Notes under the pieces: model-generated | What the model was told of the DNA's origin: nothing | Databases searched by the model: none | The model's input: only the letters and a program-made list of their open reading frames with translations | Program-made: the position numbers and the translations under genes | NCBI GenBank assembly: GCA_963843575.1 | Contig: CAWJKZ010000013.1 | Location: 352,001-416,000 of the forward strand | DNA: 64,000 nucleotides | Reading direction: 5' to 3' | Source: an uncultured Acidobacteriota bacterium | Lineage (GTDB): Bacteria > Acidobacteriota > UBA6911 | Shown here: piece after piece, positions 9,082 through 19,911 of the stretch | How positions within the stretch are numbered: position 1 is the stretch's first letter | Layout: every line of letters starts with the position of its first letter

Positions 9082-10539
9082 ATGCGTCCTGTACTGGAAT
9101 TCCTGAGTACGACCCTGGTGGAGAGGATTGTGGCCGAGGCGCTCTCGGTCCTGTCCCGTACCGGGGTTTTCGTCGAGCACGCGGAGGCGCTCTCGCTCCT
9201 GGCCGACCACGGCGCCCGTGTCGGCGCCGGGGGGCGCGCATACCTCCCCGACGAGCTGGTGTGGCGCTGCGTGCGCTCCGCGCCCCATTGCATCGAGGTC
9301 TACGACCGCGAAGGGCATCCCGCGCTGCGGTTGACGGGCCTCGAAGTCCACTTCGACCCGGGATCGGCCGCTCTCAAGATCCTCGACCGGGATTCGGGCG
9401 AGGCGCGCGCGCCGGTAACCGCGGATCTCGTCGACTTCGCCCGGGTCACCGATGCCCTCCCGCAATTCGCGGCTCAAAGCACCGGGATCGTCCCCTCCGA
9501 CGTGCCGCCGGGGATCGCCGACCGCTACCGGCTCTACCTCGCCCTGCTTCACTCCCGCAAACCAATCGTGACCGGGACCTTCACCATCGAGGGTTTTGCG
9601 GTGATGAAGGACATGCTGGCCGCAGCCGCCGGTTCGGAAGAACGCCTGAGGCAGCGGCCAAGCGCGATCTTCGACGCCTGCGCGTCCCAGCCGTTGAAGT
9701 GGAGCGCACTGACCACCTCGACGCTGCTGGATTGCGCGCGTTCGGGGATTCCGGCGGAACTCATTTCGGTGCCGCTGCTCGGCGCGACGGCCCCCGTCAC
9801 GCTTGCCGGCGCCCTCGTCCAGCACACGGCCGAGAACCTGGGCGGCCTCGTGATCCATCAGCTGGCGGCGCCCGGGGCCCCGGTCGTGTACGGCGGCTCC
9901 GCCGCCGCGCTCGACATGCGCCACGGCACGATTGCGATGGGGGCGGCCGAAACCATGATGCTCGCCGCGGGTTACGCGCAGATCGGCCGTTACCTCGGGC
10001 TGCCGACCCACGGGTACGCCGGGCTGAGTGACGCCAAGGTGATCGACGCGCAGGCGGGCCTGGAAACAGGGATGGGGGCGGCGGTGGCTGCCCTGGCCGG
10101 CATCAACGTCGTTTCCGGCGCGGGGATGCTCGAGTTCGAGAACTGCCAGAGCCTGGAGAAGCTCGTCCTTGACAACGAGATCTGCGGCATGGCCAAACGG
10201 CTCGTCGCCGGCGTCGAGCCGCGCACCGACCCGCTGGCCGAGGATCTCTTCTCGGGCGGCCTCTCCGACGGGGAGCACTTCCTGACGTCAGCGTCTACCG
10301 TGCGGTGGCTGCGCGAGGAGGTGATCTTCCCCGGTCCGGTAATCGACCGGCAGTCGCGCGAGGTCTGGGAACGTGCCGGGAGGAACGACGCGACCTCGAA
10401 CGCGCGCCGGCTGGTTGCGGATATCCTGGGCAAGCAGGCAACGGCGCCGCTTGACGATCGGGTCCGGCAGGACCTGGCCGCGATCATGCTGGCGGACGCG
10501 CGCGGTCACGGCCTCGACCGGCTTCCCGGGCACCAGTAG
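9082..10539 (+). CDS. Trimethylamine methyltransferase (MttB superfamily), non-pyrrolysine type
   Basis: GATAPVTLAGAL, GAPVVYGG, DMRHG, GLSDAKVIDAQAGLE, EKLVLDNE motifs; no in-frame TAG. Confidence 0.9.
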   Translation: MRPVLEFLSTTLVERIVAEALSVLSRTGVFVEHAEALSLLADHGARVGAGGRAYLPDELVWRCVRSAPHCIEVYDREGHPALRLTGLEVHFDPGSAALKILDRDSGEARAPVTADLVDFARVTDALPQFAAQSTGIVPSDVPPGIADRYRLYLALLHSRKPIVTGTFTIEGFAVMKDMLAAAAGSEERLRQRPSAIFDACASQPLKWSALTTSTLLDCARSGIPAELISVPLLGATAPVTLAGALVQHTAENLGGLVIHQLAAPGAPVVYGGSAAALDMRHGTIAMGAAETMMLAAGYAQIGRYLGLPTHGYAGLSDAKVIDAQAGLETGMGAAVAALAGINVVSGAGMLEFENCQSLEKLVLDNEICGMAKRLVAGVEPRTDPLAEDLFSGGLSDGEHFLTSASTVRWLREEVIFPGPVIDRQSREVWERAGRNDATSNARRLVADILGKQATAPLDDRVRQDLAAIMLADARGHGLDRLPGHQ

Positions 10540-10550
10540 CGCCGGGGATT

Positions 10551-11339
10551 TCAGTTGCCCGGCAGCTCGCGGATCCGGATGTTTCTGAACCACACGGCGG
10601 AGCTGTGGTCCTGCAGGTCGATGTAGCCGCGCCTGTTCCGGCCGAAACCTTCCATCCTCTTGAATTTGCTTACGGCGATCGCGTCGCCCAGCTGCTCGCT
10701 CCCGCGCTCGAACTCCAGCACCTTGACGTCGTTGATCCAGTGCTCGACGTGGTTGCCCCGCACGACGATCCGGGCCTTGTTGAATTCACCCGCCGGCCGG
10801 GTCGTCGATTTGGCAGGGGCAAGGATGTCGTACAGCGCGCCCGTGATGCGCTTGTTACCCTTGAGCGCGTCCGGGTTGCGCTTGTCGTCGATCAGCTGCA
10901 ATTCGAAACCCATGGGGGCGTTTGCATACTGCTCGGGATTGAGGGCCGCAATCTGTTTCTCATAACCGGGCGGCTTCTCTTTCCGGTATTCCCCGATCTC
11001 GAATTCCATGTAGGCGCGCTCCCAGGAAGCGGGGCGGTCCTCGCGCACCAGGTACTTGACGCCGCTGTTGCCCCCCGCGGAAATGCGCCACTCGAGCTCG
11101 AGCTCGAAGTTCTCGTACTGGTCGACGGTGACGAGATCGCCGCAGTCCTCTTTCCTGGCGTCAGGTACGCGCTTCAACGCGCCGTCTTCGACAACCCAGC
11201 AGCGCGACGGGAAACCCTTTTGGCGGAAACCCCGCCAGCCGGCGGTGGTCTTGCCGTCGAACAGCGTTTTCCACTCCGCCGCCTCCGCGATCGCGGCACC
11301 CAGCAAAGCCATGACGACAAATGCGCAGGTCTTTCTCAT
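10551..11339 (-). CDS. Secreted DUF1080 (3-keto-disaccharide hydrolase family) protein
   Basis: LFDGKT.GW, NFELELEW, GGNSG, GALYD, LQDH, VWFRNIRIREL motifs. Confidence 0.92.
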   Translation of the reverse strand: MRKTCAFVVMALLGAAIAEAAEWKTLFDGKTTAGWRGFRQKGFPSRCWVVEDGALKRVPDARKEDCGDLVTVDQYENFELELEWRISAGGNSGVKYLVREDRPASWERAYMEFEIGEYRKEKPPGYEKQIAALNPEQYANAPMGFELQLIDDKRNPDALKGNKRITGALYDILAPAKSTTRPAGEFNKARIVVRGNHVEHWINDVKVLEFERGSEQLGDAIAVSKFKRMEGFGRNRRGYIDLQDHSSAVWFRNIRIRELPGN

Positions 11340-11417
11340 GCCCCGATCTTACACCATTTCATCTGGAGTGCGGCGGCCGCCTCAGTGCCGGCGCGGGAAT
11401 TTTTCCCCCAATTAATT

Positions 11418-11524
11418 AAGTGGGTCCGGGCTTCAGCCCGGACGCTGTTTGCGGTCGCTTTATCGTGCGCCCGTCGCCACAGAGATCAGATCGAAGACGT
11501 CCGGGCTGAAGCCCGGACCCACTT
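11418..11524. repeat. REP-B doublet (REPIN-like), copy 1; a partial REP-A lies just left at 11363
   Basis: AAGTGGGTCCGGGCTTCAGCCCGGACG ... CGTCCGGGCTGAAGCCCGGACCCACTT. Confidence 0.92.
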
Positions 11525-11554
11525 GTTTTGCGGGTGAGTTTTTTGAATGTCGCC

Positions 11555-13736
11555 TTAGTTCACGACCACGGGGACACGGCGGTAGATGTTGGTGTCGGTG
11601 ACGCTGTCGCGCAGGTGTACCTGCAGGGTGTAGGCGCCTTTTCTGATACCGCGCAGGGGGAGGGAAATGGCTACGGTGGCCACGCCGGTCTCTCCCTTCG
11701 TCCACTCCTGGACCCGAAGCGGCTGCGATTCGCGCACCCTCGTCTTGCCGTCCAGGAACAGCAGGTAGGCCTCGAGCGATGGCCTGCGCGTCTGCGGGTC
11801 TGCGGCGGAGCCGTACACCTGAAAATAGGTGTACAGCGTCTGTCCCCCGGCGAAGATGTTGCCCATGTTGGGGACCAGCCGGCGGCCGTCGATCACCATC
11901 GGGTCTTTCTCGGGCCCCGGCCCTTCGAAGCGCGCCGCCGGCCCCTCGTGCTGGACTCCCCGGACCTCTTCGGCAGTGCCAACCAGCCGGCTGCCCAGGA
12001 CCACGGAGCTGGTCTGAAGCGTCTTCCCGTCGAGCAGCGGCACCGTGAGCCCCTGCTCGAAGCTGCCGAGGCGCCCGGTGGCGTTGTCGCGCACGATGAA
12101 TTTCAGCTTGTATTCCCCGGGGCGCAGCTGGAAACCCGTGGTGTAGAGGATCTGACCCGTCTGGATTTTTTCGGCCTTGGCCACCGGGAGCCGCACCTGG
12201 ACGGTGTCGCGCGCCACCGCGGCGACGCGCCCGGTAGCTTTCCCTGATGCGGGCGAGGAATTCGAAGTGCGCCTCGCGCCGGTCGTTTTTCTCTTCGAAC
12301 CGGATGCCGTCGCCCGCGACTTGCAGGGACACCGGGACCGTGGTGGTTTTGCCGTCTTCCCGGAAGGAGGCGGCCTGAAGGATGAATGGGACATCCGAGA
12401 ACGGCCGGTCCAGTTCGAGCGCTTCCTCCAGCTGGCGGTCGCGCTCGCTCTGGGTGAGTTTGCTGAACTGTTTGGCGGCGAAATAGCCGGGGCGGTGGGC
12501 GATCTTCAGGTCGGGTCGGCTCACCTCCACCCGGATCTTCCGGAACTTGCCGTCCTCGACCGCGTTGGACGAGTAGTAGCCGAGCACGTAGTAGGTCCGG
12601 GTGTCGTTGACGACCTTGTCGAATACCGGGGCGAGGTCGTTGGAGTCCTGGAACGACGCGCCCCCGGTGTCGTGCGCGAGCGTGGTCAGGGTCTCCTGGG
12701 ATGCGGATAGAGCGTCGAACTGTCCCGTGACGGCGCTTCCCGAGAACAAGCCGCCCGCGCCCCCGCCCCGATGCGACGCCGTGCCGCCGGGAGGCAACGC
12801 GGCCAGCCCGCCGCTGTCGACCGTGTAGATGCTCATGTTGGCCTGGTTGGCGGCGTCGATCGCGGCGCGGAGCTGCGACTGGTTTTCCGACCCGGTGGTC
12901 TGCACGGTGCCCGAGAAATAGACCAGCGACTTGCGCTCCGGGTATTCGCCGTATTCCCGGGCCAGCGCCGTCAGCGCGGCGAGCCTGCGGTCGGTGTTGA
13001 ACAGGTTGAACTGCACGTCGTCCGGGACAAAGACCTCGTCGGAGGCGGCCGAGTCGTCGTCCGACTGGCTGTCGGCGGCCGTCGTGTCGGCCGCCATCGG
13101 GTTCAACTGCTTCAGTCTCTCGGCAAGGACGACGCGGTCGTTCGTCAGGTCCTGCACGACCTGGAGCGTGCTGCTGTAGGTGGCGACGGCGATCAGGTCG
13201 TGCGGTCCGCTGCGGCTGCGCCACGTACGTCCTCCGCGGTCGTGACGGATCTCGCGAGGTCCTCCTCGCCCAGCGACGAGAGGTCGAAGAACAGGATCAG
13301 AAGCCGCTTGTCGGCCAGCACCTGCGCCGCGGCGCTCCGCCCGGGGCAGGGTGCCCAGGTTGATCGGGCAGGCGTCCGCCGGCTGCGCCCGGCCGGGCAG
13401 GTTCCTCCGCGGCAGCCACGGCCGGGATGTCCTCGAGGGAGAAGGTGACGATCTCCTCCCTGCGATTGTTCTCGAAGACCCGGAAATCCTCCCGCTTCAG
13501 ATCCGGGACCAGCTGCCCCTTTTTGTCGCGCACCGTGACGTCGACGACCACCAGGTTGGAGCGCACCCGGAATGTGGTCGGGCGCCTCTGCTCCGCTGTC
13601 GGGCCGGGAGGCGGTCGCCGGTTCCTGCCGCGCCAGGACGACGGCCCCGGCCAGCGACAGTGAGCCAGACAGGCGACGGACGACAGCCTGCGGCCCCTGG
13701 TGAGTCCTTTTCGTTCTTGTCACATCGCCGAGTCAT
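11555..13736 (-). CDS. Acidobacterial VWA-domain protein, split by several frameshifts
   Basis: Consecutive fragments: SNLVVVDVTVRDKKG, LFFDLSSL, RKSLVYFSG, SIYTVDSGGL, YYVLGYYSSN, PGEYKLKFIVRD. Confidence 0.85.
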
Positions 13737-13744
13737 CGCCCTCC

Positions 13745-16700
13745 TCAGAAATTGAGACGCAGCCCGACTTCCATCTGCCGCATGGTGCCGACGCTGGTGA
13801 CCCTGCCGAAGTTGAGCGCGTTGACCACGGTTCCGAGACCCCCGTGTAGTTGGGGTGGTTCAGGGCGTTGGTCACCTGCCAGCGGAACTCCAGCCGCCTC
13901 GTCCCCTCGTTCAGACGGAAATTCTTGCGCAGCGAGAGATTCAGCAGGTTCGACCCCGGCCCGATGATCGTGAACCGGCCCGCGTTGCCGAACGTCCCCG
14001 CTGCCGGGATCGCGAAGGCCAGGGTGTTGAAATAGGTCGAGGTGTTGCGCTCATCGCGGGGGAGCGAGGGGGAAACACCGGTGCTGTCGGGACGCTCCGA
14101 CGAGAACGAGCCGGTGCCGCTGTTGTTGCTGACGTTCCCCAGAATTCGCGCCGTCAGCGGCCGCCCGCTGTTCAGCTGGTAGGTGCCGCTGATCTCCCAT
14201 CCGGAAACGAAGTTCTGGACGGCGGCGGACGCTCCCGCCAGGAACCTACGGTTCAGGCCTATGGGAAGTGCGTAGTTGAAGCTCGATTGAAAGCGGTGCC
14301 GCTGGTCGAAACTGCTCAGCGAGCGTTCCGCGTAGAGGTTCGCGTCGTTCTGGGCGACGAGCATGGAAGCTCCGCCGATCCCGGAAGCGTTGTCGATGCT
14401 CTTGGAGAGGGTGTAGGAATTTTCGATCCGGAACCCGTTGCGCCAGCCTGCGCGCGACGCGCAGCCGCAGGCTGTGCAGCACCGAGTTCGCCCCCGACTG
14501 CTGGTAGAGGAAATAGCCGGCGTTGCCGATGGCGAGCGAGTCCTCGGTCGCGCCCGGCGACATGCCCGAGAGCCGCACGGTTGGGTGCGCGCAGCAGGTC
14601 GAGCCGCGTCCCCTTCGATCCGAGGTAGCCCGCCTCGACGATATAGACCTTCAGCAGCGGCATCTGCACGTTCAGGTTCCACTGCTGGACGTAGCCGATG
14701 CGGTAATGGGGGTCGATGGCGTACGAGTTTCGAATCGTGACCGACGGGTCGACCGGGAAGCCGGCCTGCAGGGTGAGACGGGTCTGTGAGGGTCGTCAGC
14801 AGGGTCTGGGTCACCGCGAACGGAGGCTGCCCAACGAGCTGTCCTGCGACGTACGGGTAGACCGACGGATTGTAGAGGATGCCGTAACCGGCCCGCACCA
14901 CCATCCTCGAACTTGGGGTCGGCTTCCACGCGACGCCGATCCGAGGCGCGAAGTTGTTTCTGTCGGAAAAGAGCAGCGAGCGCGGGAACACGCCGGTGTA
15001 CGGCCCACTCTGGCCGGGGAAGACCTGCACAGCCTGCTGGAACCCGGGGCCTATGTCCAGGCTGACCATGTGGTCGTACTTTTCGTAAGAACGGCTGAAT
15101 GTATTCGTACCGCAGCCCGACGTTGACGGTCAGGTTCGCGCGCGCCCGCCAGTTGTCCTGCACGAAGAAGTTCAGCGATTTGTTGCGCAGGTAGTTGTTG
15201 CTGCTGCCGTAGCGCCGGGACGTCCCGTAGGGGAGCCCGAGCAGGAAATCGGCAAAGTCGTATCCGGTCCCGGCGACGGGCGTGCCTGCGGCCGTGAAGG
15301 CGCTGGTGGCGAAACCGGTGAAGTCGAAGGTGCCGCGCGCGTTCGGGTCGCTGTTGTTGTTGCGCTGGTTTAGGCTGAGGTCCCCACCGGTCTGGATGCT
15401 GTGCTTTGTGCCGAGCCTCGACAACCCGGCCCCCAACGTGATCGTCTGGGTGCGCAGCAGCGCCGGGTTGCCGACCTGCAGGTCGCCGTAGTTCGTGAAC
15501 GTGATCGTGGGGATGCCGAAGTTTACCGGTTCGCTGCGAAACCCCGGAAATCCCGAGCGCCCCCTCGACGTCATCCGCGTAGGAAAACGGGTTGGTACTC
15601 GACGTGCGCACGCGGTTGAGCGAGACCCTGTAGTTGAGGATGAGACGCGGCTGGAATCGGTGGACGCCGCCGATGCCGAGGTTCTGGGCGCGGTTGTTCC
15701 GGTCGGTGTCGAGCCCCGGGAAGATCTGGCTCGTCAGGGAGTTGCCGCGCCGGAAGGTGTAGTTCACGAACGCGTTGTCCTTGGCCGAAAGACGGGTGTT
15801 GACGCGTCCGGAAAACGAGTCGGAGGTGTTGACGAGCCCGCGCTGCATCGTGAAGTTCTGGACCGAACCCGCCAGGTTCGGCAGCGGGAAGTAGCGCAGC
15901 AAGGCGACGGCGGCCGGATTGAGCCGCGACGCGGGAATGCGGCCCCCCGCGAAGGTGTCATGCGACTCTGGGTCGTATATGGCGACGCCCTGGCCGGCCG
16001 TCTGCCCCGCGCCCAGGGATGTTTGCGAGAAATCGCCGGCCCGCTCCAGCTCGGTCGGCACGGTGGTGAGGACGTCGAAGGGGTTGCGGTTGCGGCTCCC
16101 CTCGTAACTGAAGAACCACATCCCGGGCTGCTGCATGCGTCGGGACGTGCCCTGCGCGGCGCTTCCCCACGGCAGGATCCCCCCAACCGAGAGCCCGATG
16201 TTGTTCTGTATCTGGAGGGGCTTGGAGACGTCGGCGCCGGTCAGGGAATAGCTCTTGGCGTTCAGGGCCGAATTCCTGTAGTTGCTGAACACGCTCACGT
16301 TCAATTTCGGCTGCCGCTGCCGGGAGCGTCCGCCCATGGCGCCGAAACCGCGTCCACCCATCGGTCCCCCCATCGGGGGTCCGCCACCCATGCCGCGGCC
16401 TCCCATCCCCGGGCCGCCCCCGGGTCCGCCGGGGCCTGCCGGGCCCATGCCGGGCCCTCCTTCGCCGCGCTCGCCCTGTCCGGGGAGTCCCGACCGGTCG
16501 AACTCGCCGAATCCCATCCGCTGACCCATGTCGGCCATGCGCGCGCGGAAAGCCTGGTCGTTCCAGTCGCCCGAGTCGAGGCTCGCGCTCGCATTCCCCG
16601 TGATGACCAGCAGGTCGGAACTGTCACTCTGTGGCGCGGGGGCGGGGGAATCCGCGGTCAGAGCCTCGCCGCCGGACGTCGACGCGGTATCCGTGGCGGA

Positions 16701-17093
16701 CATCTCGATTTCCGCGAAAGCAGGGCGGGATTCGCGTCCCATGCGGGGTCCCGGGAATGCGCCGGGGGCCCGGTTCGCACCCGGGACGGGGTGCGGGGTC
16801 GACGTGCGGATCAGGGTGATCGACAGGCGCGTCGCCTCGTCGGCCCCGGGATCGACGGGCCGGGCGATCTTCTGGAATCCCGCCATCTCCACGGACAGCG
16901 TGCAGGAGCCGGACGGTGCCTCCGCGAACTCGAACGTTCCGTCCGGCTCCGTCACGGTGTCGAGGGAGGGGGCGCCCGCCGCAGCCGTGAGATGGACGGC
17001 GGCTGCGGGGACGGGCGCCCCCTTCGCATCGACGACCTTTCCGGCGACCCGTCCGCTCAACACCAGGAGAAGCGAAAGCACCCACACGCCCAT
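13745..17093 (-). CDS. TonB-dependent/Oar-like outer-membrane receptor with carboxypeptidase-regulatory domain and Gly/Pro/Met linker, several frameshifts
   Basis: GKVVDAKGAPVP, YRNSALNA, FFVQDNWR, NNFAPRIGVAW, FGNAGR; C-terminus LRLNF then TGA at 13745. Confidence 0.88.
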
Positions 17094-17203
17094 GCGCACC
17101 TGCCACAACTTAATACGTGCACCACCCGGTTGTGTTTCCGGGGCCGCCGGGCCGCTGCTACAATGGACGCCGCATTTCTCGAATTTTTCTGGAGGAGGTG
17201 CCT

Positions 17204-18075
17204 GTGGATCGTCGGTCGTTCCTTACGCTTTCCGGGATGGGACTGGTCTCCGCCAGGCTTGCCGGCGCCACGCCGCCGGCCGCGGCGGGCTGCGGCTGTC
17301 GCTCACCTGGGGCATGCTGGGCAAGCTCTCCGTTCCCGAAGGGATGGCGCTGCTGGAAAAGTTCCGTTACGACGGCTATGAGATGTTCGACTGGCGCAAC
17401 CCGGCGCTCCTGGACGCCTTCGTGGCGGAAAAGGGGAAACACCGGCTCGAGTGCGCCTGCCTCATCGGCAACAAGGGTGTCACCGCGCCCGGCTGCGGGC
17501 TGGTGAACCCGCGGGAGCGCGAAGGCTTCTTCGAACAGATGCGCCTCGCCATCGAGGCGGCGCGCAAGGCCGGCGCGAAGCGGCTGGTCGTGCTCACGGG
17601 CAACGAACTGGGCGGCCTGACCCGGGCGGAGCAGATGTCGAGCGCCGTGGCGGGCCTGCGCGCAATCGCCCCCGTGCTGGAGAAGAACGGCATCACCGCC
17701 ATCGTCGAGGTGCTCAACACCTTCGTCGATCACGCCGGCTATTTCCTGTACTTCATCCGCGACGGCGCGGAACTGGTCGACCGGGTCGGGAGCCCCAACG
17801 TGAAGCTCCTGTTCGACCTCTACCACACGCAGATCATGGAGGGGAACCTGATCGAGAACCTGCGCACCTATGCCGCCCACGTCGGCCACTTCCACGTGGC
17901 CGACGTGCCGGGGCGCAACGAACCCGGGACCGGGGAGATCAACTATCGGAACGTCTTCCGCGCGATCTACGACCTCGGGGACCGCTACCAGGGCTTCGTG
18001 TCGCTCGAGTGCCGCCCGAAAGCTCCCCTGGAGGAGGTCCTGCCCGCCCTCCGCAAACTAGCCGACCTCGCGTGA
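17204..18075 (+). CDS. Tat-exported xylose-isomerase-like TIM barrel (hydroxypyruvate isomerase family), frameshift near 17290
   Basis: GGAGG RBS, MDRRSFL Tat motif; VEVLN..DHAGY, FDLYHTQI.EG, DVPGRNEPGTGEINY. Confidence 0.85.
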
Positions 18076-19225
18076 CGGAGCGCGGCGCCTCGGCGCCTGC
18101 CCTGCAATGTCGACGTGCGGCGGCGCCGAGGCGACCGCCGACAAAGCGGCGTCCAGCCGCCGCACTCCAGATTTTGCGATAGAGGGAAGATGTGAGCAGG
18201 GCGACGGCGCGATCCGCCGCGACCCAACGAAGCGGGGGCCGCACCTCTCCGATCTCACTGCCCTCGACTTCGAATACGTGCGCCACGATCTTTCTGTAGG
18301 TGATGGCGTGGTTCACCTGCCCCCGGCTCCGAAGCGTCAGCCTTTTGCCGAACAGTTCCCGGACGAAGCGGCGCGCGGCGCGGCCCGGATCCGAAGCTCC
18401 CTTCACCGCGCGGGTCGGCAACCCCCACACTCCCGGTGCAAGCGACCCCGACGCCTGACGGCACATCAGCAGCTGCGCCGGGCGCGACGCCGCCAGCACG
18501 ACCAGGGTGACCTCCTCCGGCTCGCGTCTCGGGCGCGGTGCGGGAATGCTGTCCTGGATGCCGTCGCGCAAGGCCGCGCACAGCGGCCGCACCGGGCACT
18601 CCGGGCATTTCGGCCGCCGCGGGACACAGATCAGCGCCCCCAGTTCCATGAGCGCCTGGTTGAAGTCGGCAGGGCGCCCCCGTGGCACCCATGCGGCGGC
18701 CTGCTCCCAGAAAAACTTCTCCTCGCCGCCCGAAGCGATCCCGCAGAGCCTCGAGGCAACCCGCTTGACGTTGCCGTCGACCACCGGCTCGCGGCGGTTA
18801 AACGCGATCGACTGTATGGCGCAAGCCGTGTATCGCCCGATGCCGGGGAGCGAGAGCGTGTCGACCATCCGACTGGGGAATCTTCCCCCGTGCTCCTCGA
18901 CGATCTTACGCGCCGCCCGGTGCAGGTTCCGCCCCCGCGAGTAGTAGCCGAGCCCGGCCCAGAGCTCGAGCACCTCCTCCTCGCGCGCCGAGGCCAGCGA
19001 CGGCACGTCGGGAAAGCGCCGCAGGAAACGCCTGTAATAGGGCAGCACCGTGGCGACCTGGGTCTGCTGCAGCATGATTTCGGAGACCCACACGCGGTAG
19101 GGCGACGGGTTGGACCGCCAGGGGAGCGCGCGCTTGTGAAGGTCGTACCAAGCCAGAAGCAGCCGCCGGAACTTTCGGTTCCTGGCGCGGTCCCACAGAG
19201 TACACGATCTAGTTTTGCGTCTCAT
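17939..19225 (-). CDS. mutY: A/G-specific adenine DNA glycosylase; C-terminus reads through a REP-A element
   Basis: WVSEIMLQQTQV, WAGLGYYSR, LPGIGRYTA, VDGNV, and the 4Fe-4S motif CVPRRPKCPECPVRPLC. Start and true end are uncertain. Confidence 0.92.
   Translation of the reverse strand: MRRKTRSCTLWDRARNRKFRRLLLAWYDLHKRALPWRSNPSPYRVWVSEIMLQQTQVATVLPYYRRFLRRFPDVPSLASAREEEVLELWAGLGYYSRGRNLHRAARKIVEEHGGRFPSRMVDTLSLPGIGRYTACAIQSIAFNRREPVVDGNVKRVASRLCGIASGGEEKFFWEQAAAWVPRGRPADFNQALMELGALICVPRRPKCPECPVRPLCAALRDGIQDSIPAPRPRREPEEVTLVVLAASRPAQLLMCRQASGSLAPGVWGLPTRAVKGASDPGRAARRFVRELFGKRLTLRSRGQVNHAITYRKIVAHVFEVEGSEIGEVRPPLRWVAADRAVALLTSSLYRKIWSAAAGRRFVGGRLGAAARRHCRAGAEAPRSVTRGRLVCGGRAGPPPGELSGGTRATRSPGSGPRGRRSRGRRSDS
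18076..18170. repeat. REP-A doublet
   Basis: CGGAGCGCGGCGCCTCGGCGCC ... AAAGCGGCGTCCAGCCGCCGCACTCCAG. Confidence 0.9.
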
Positions 19226-19226
19226 A

Positions 19227-19253
19227 TGGAGTGCGGCGCCTGGGCGCCGCTTT
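19227..19253. repeat. REP-A single arm
   Basis: TGGAGTGCGGCGCCTGGGCGCCGCTTT. Confidence 0.9.
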
Positions 19254-19312
19254 ACGCTGAAATCAACGGCCGAGATGTCCGGCGCCTCGCTGGCGATCTG
19301 TCTAAACAACCC

Positions 19313-19500
19313 TTGTTGGCCGTGGGGGAGGCCTATGCACCACTTCCCAAGTGGCGACGACATGCGAAAAGGCCATCATGCCTGGATCTCATAGCCCTTC
19401 TGCGTAAGGAAACCGTCGAACACCCCGAACAACTGGCCGAATTGGGTCTGCAACCAACATTTGAGGGCCGAAATGGGGTACTTAGGCGGCTGCAGCCGAA
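19313..19500 (+). pseudogene. Probable C-terminal relic of a DDE transposase
   Basis: AT-richer patch translating to EAYAPLPKWRRHAKRPSCLDLIALLRKE, which I recall as resembling IS701/IS4-like transposase tails; not verified by search. Confidence 0.45.
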
Positions 19501-19824
19501 AAATACGCTAACGTATTCTCACCGATTGACAACAGCAGAACGCGGATCTTCGCGGATTTTACGGATTCACGCGGATCGGCCGCGCCCGGCATTCCTCCCC
19601 GAGGGCCGGCGCTTCGCGCCGATGCATCAAAGCCCGGCTCCCGCAGGAAAGCGCGCGGTTGGAAGGATGCCGCTTCGATTCAAGGTCCACGTTTTCCTGC
19701 GGGAGCCGGGCTTTGATGCGTGCCAAAGGCAGCCCTCGGGGAGGAATGCCGGGCGCGGCCTGCCACCAGGCAGCAATCCGCGTGCATCCGCGTTGATCCG
19801 CGTCCTGGCAACGTTAGCGTATTT
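19501..19824. repeat. ~324-bp nested palindrome (MITE-like or structured RNA)
   Basis: Perfect stems 19501-19514/19811-19824 (14 bp), 19578-19606/19732-19760 (29 bp) and 19624-19650/19693-19719 (27 bp), plus an imperfect CGCGGAT-unit stem. Confidence 0.9.
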
Positions 19825-19860
19825 CTGAACGCGAGTACTAAGGAATATACAAACTCCAGT

Positions 19861-19911
19861 GGCGGCGCCTAGGCGCCGCCCTACAAAGCGGCGTCGAACC
19901 GCCGCACTCCA
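19861..19911. repeat. REP-A element overlapping the DUF72 stop codon
   Basis: GGCGGCGCCTAGGCGCCGCC-CTAC-AAAGCGGCGTCGAACCGCCGCACTCCA. Confidence 0.92.

Noticed and set aside
9082-10539. Pyrrolysine recoding in MttB
   Set aside because: No in-frame amber codon and no pyl genes in the window.
16320-16470. Gly/Pro/Met low-complexity tract as a DNA repeat element
   Set aside because: It is an in-frame protein linker of the receptor.
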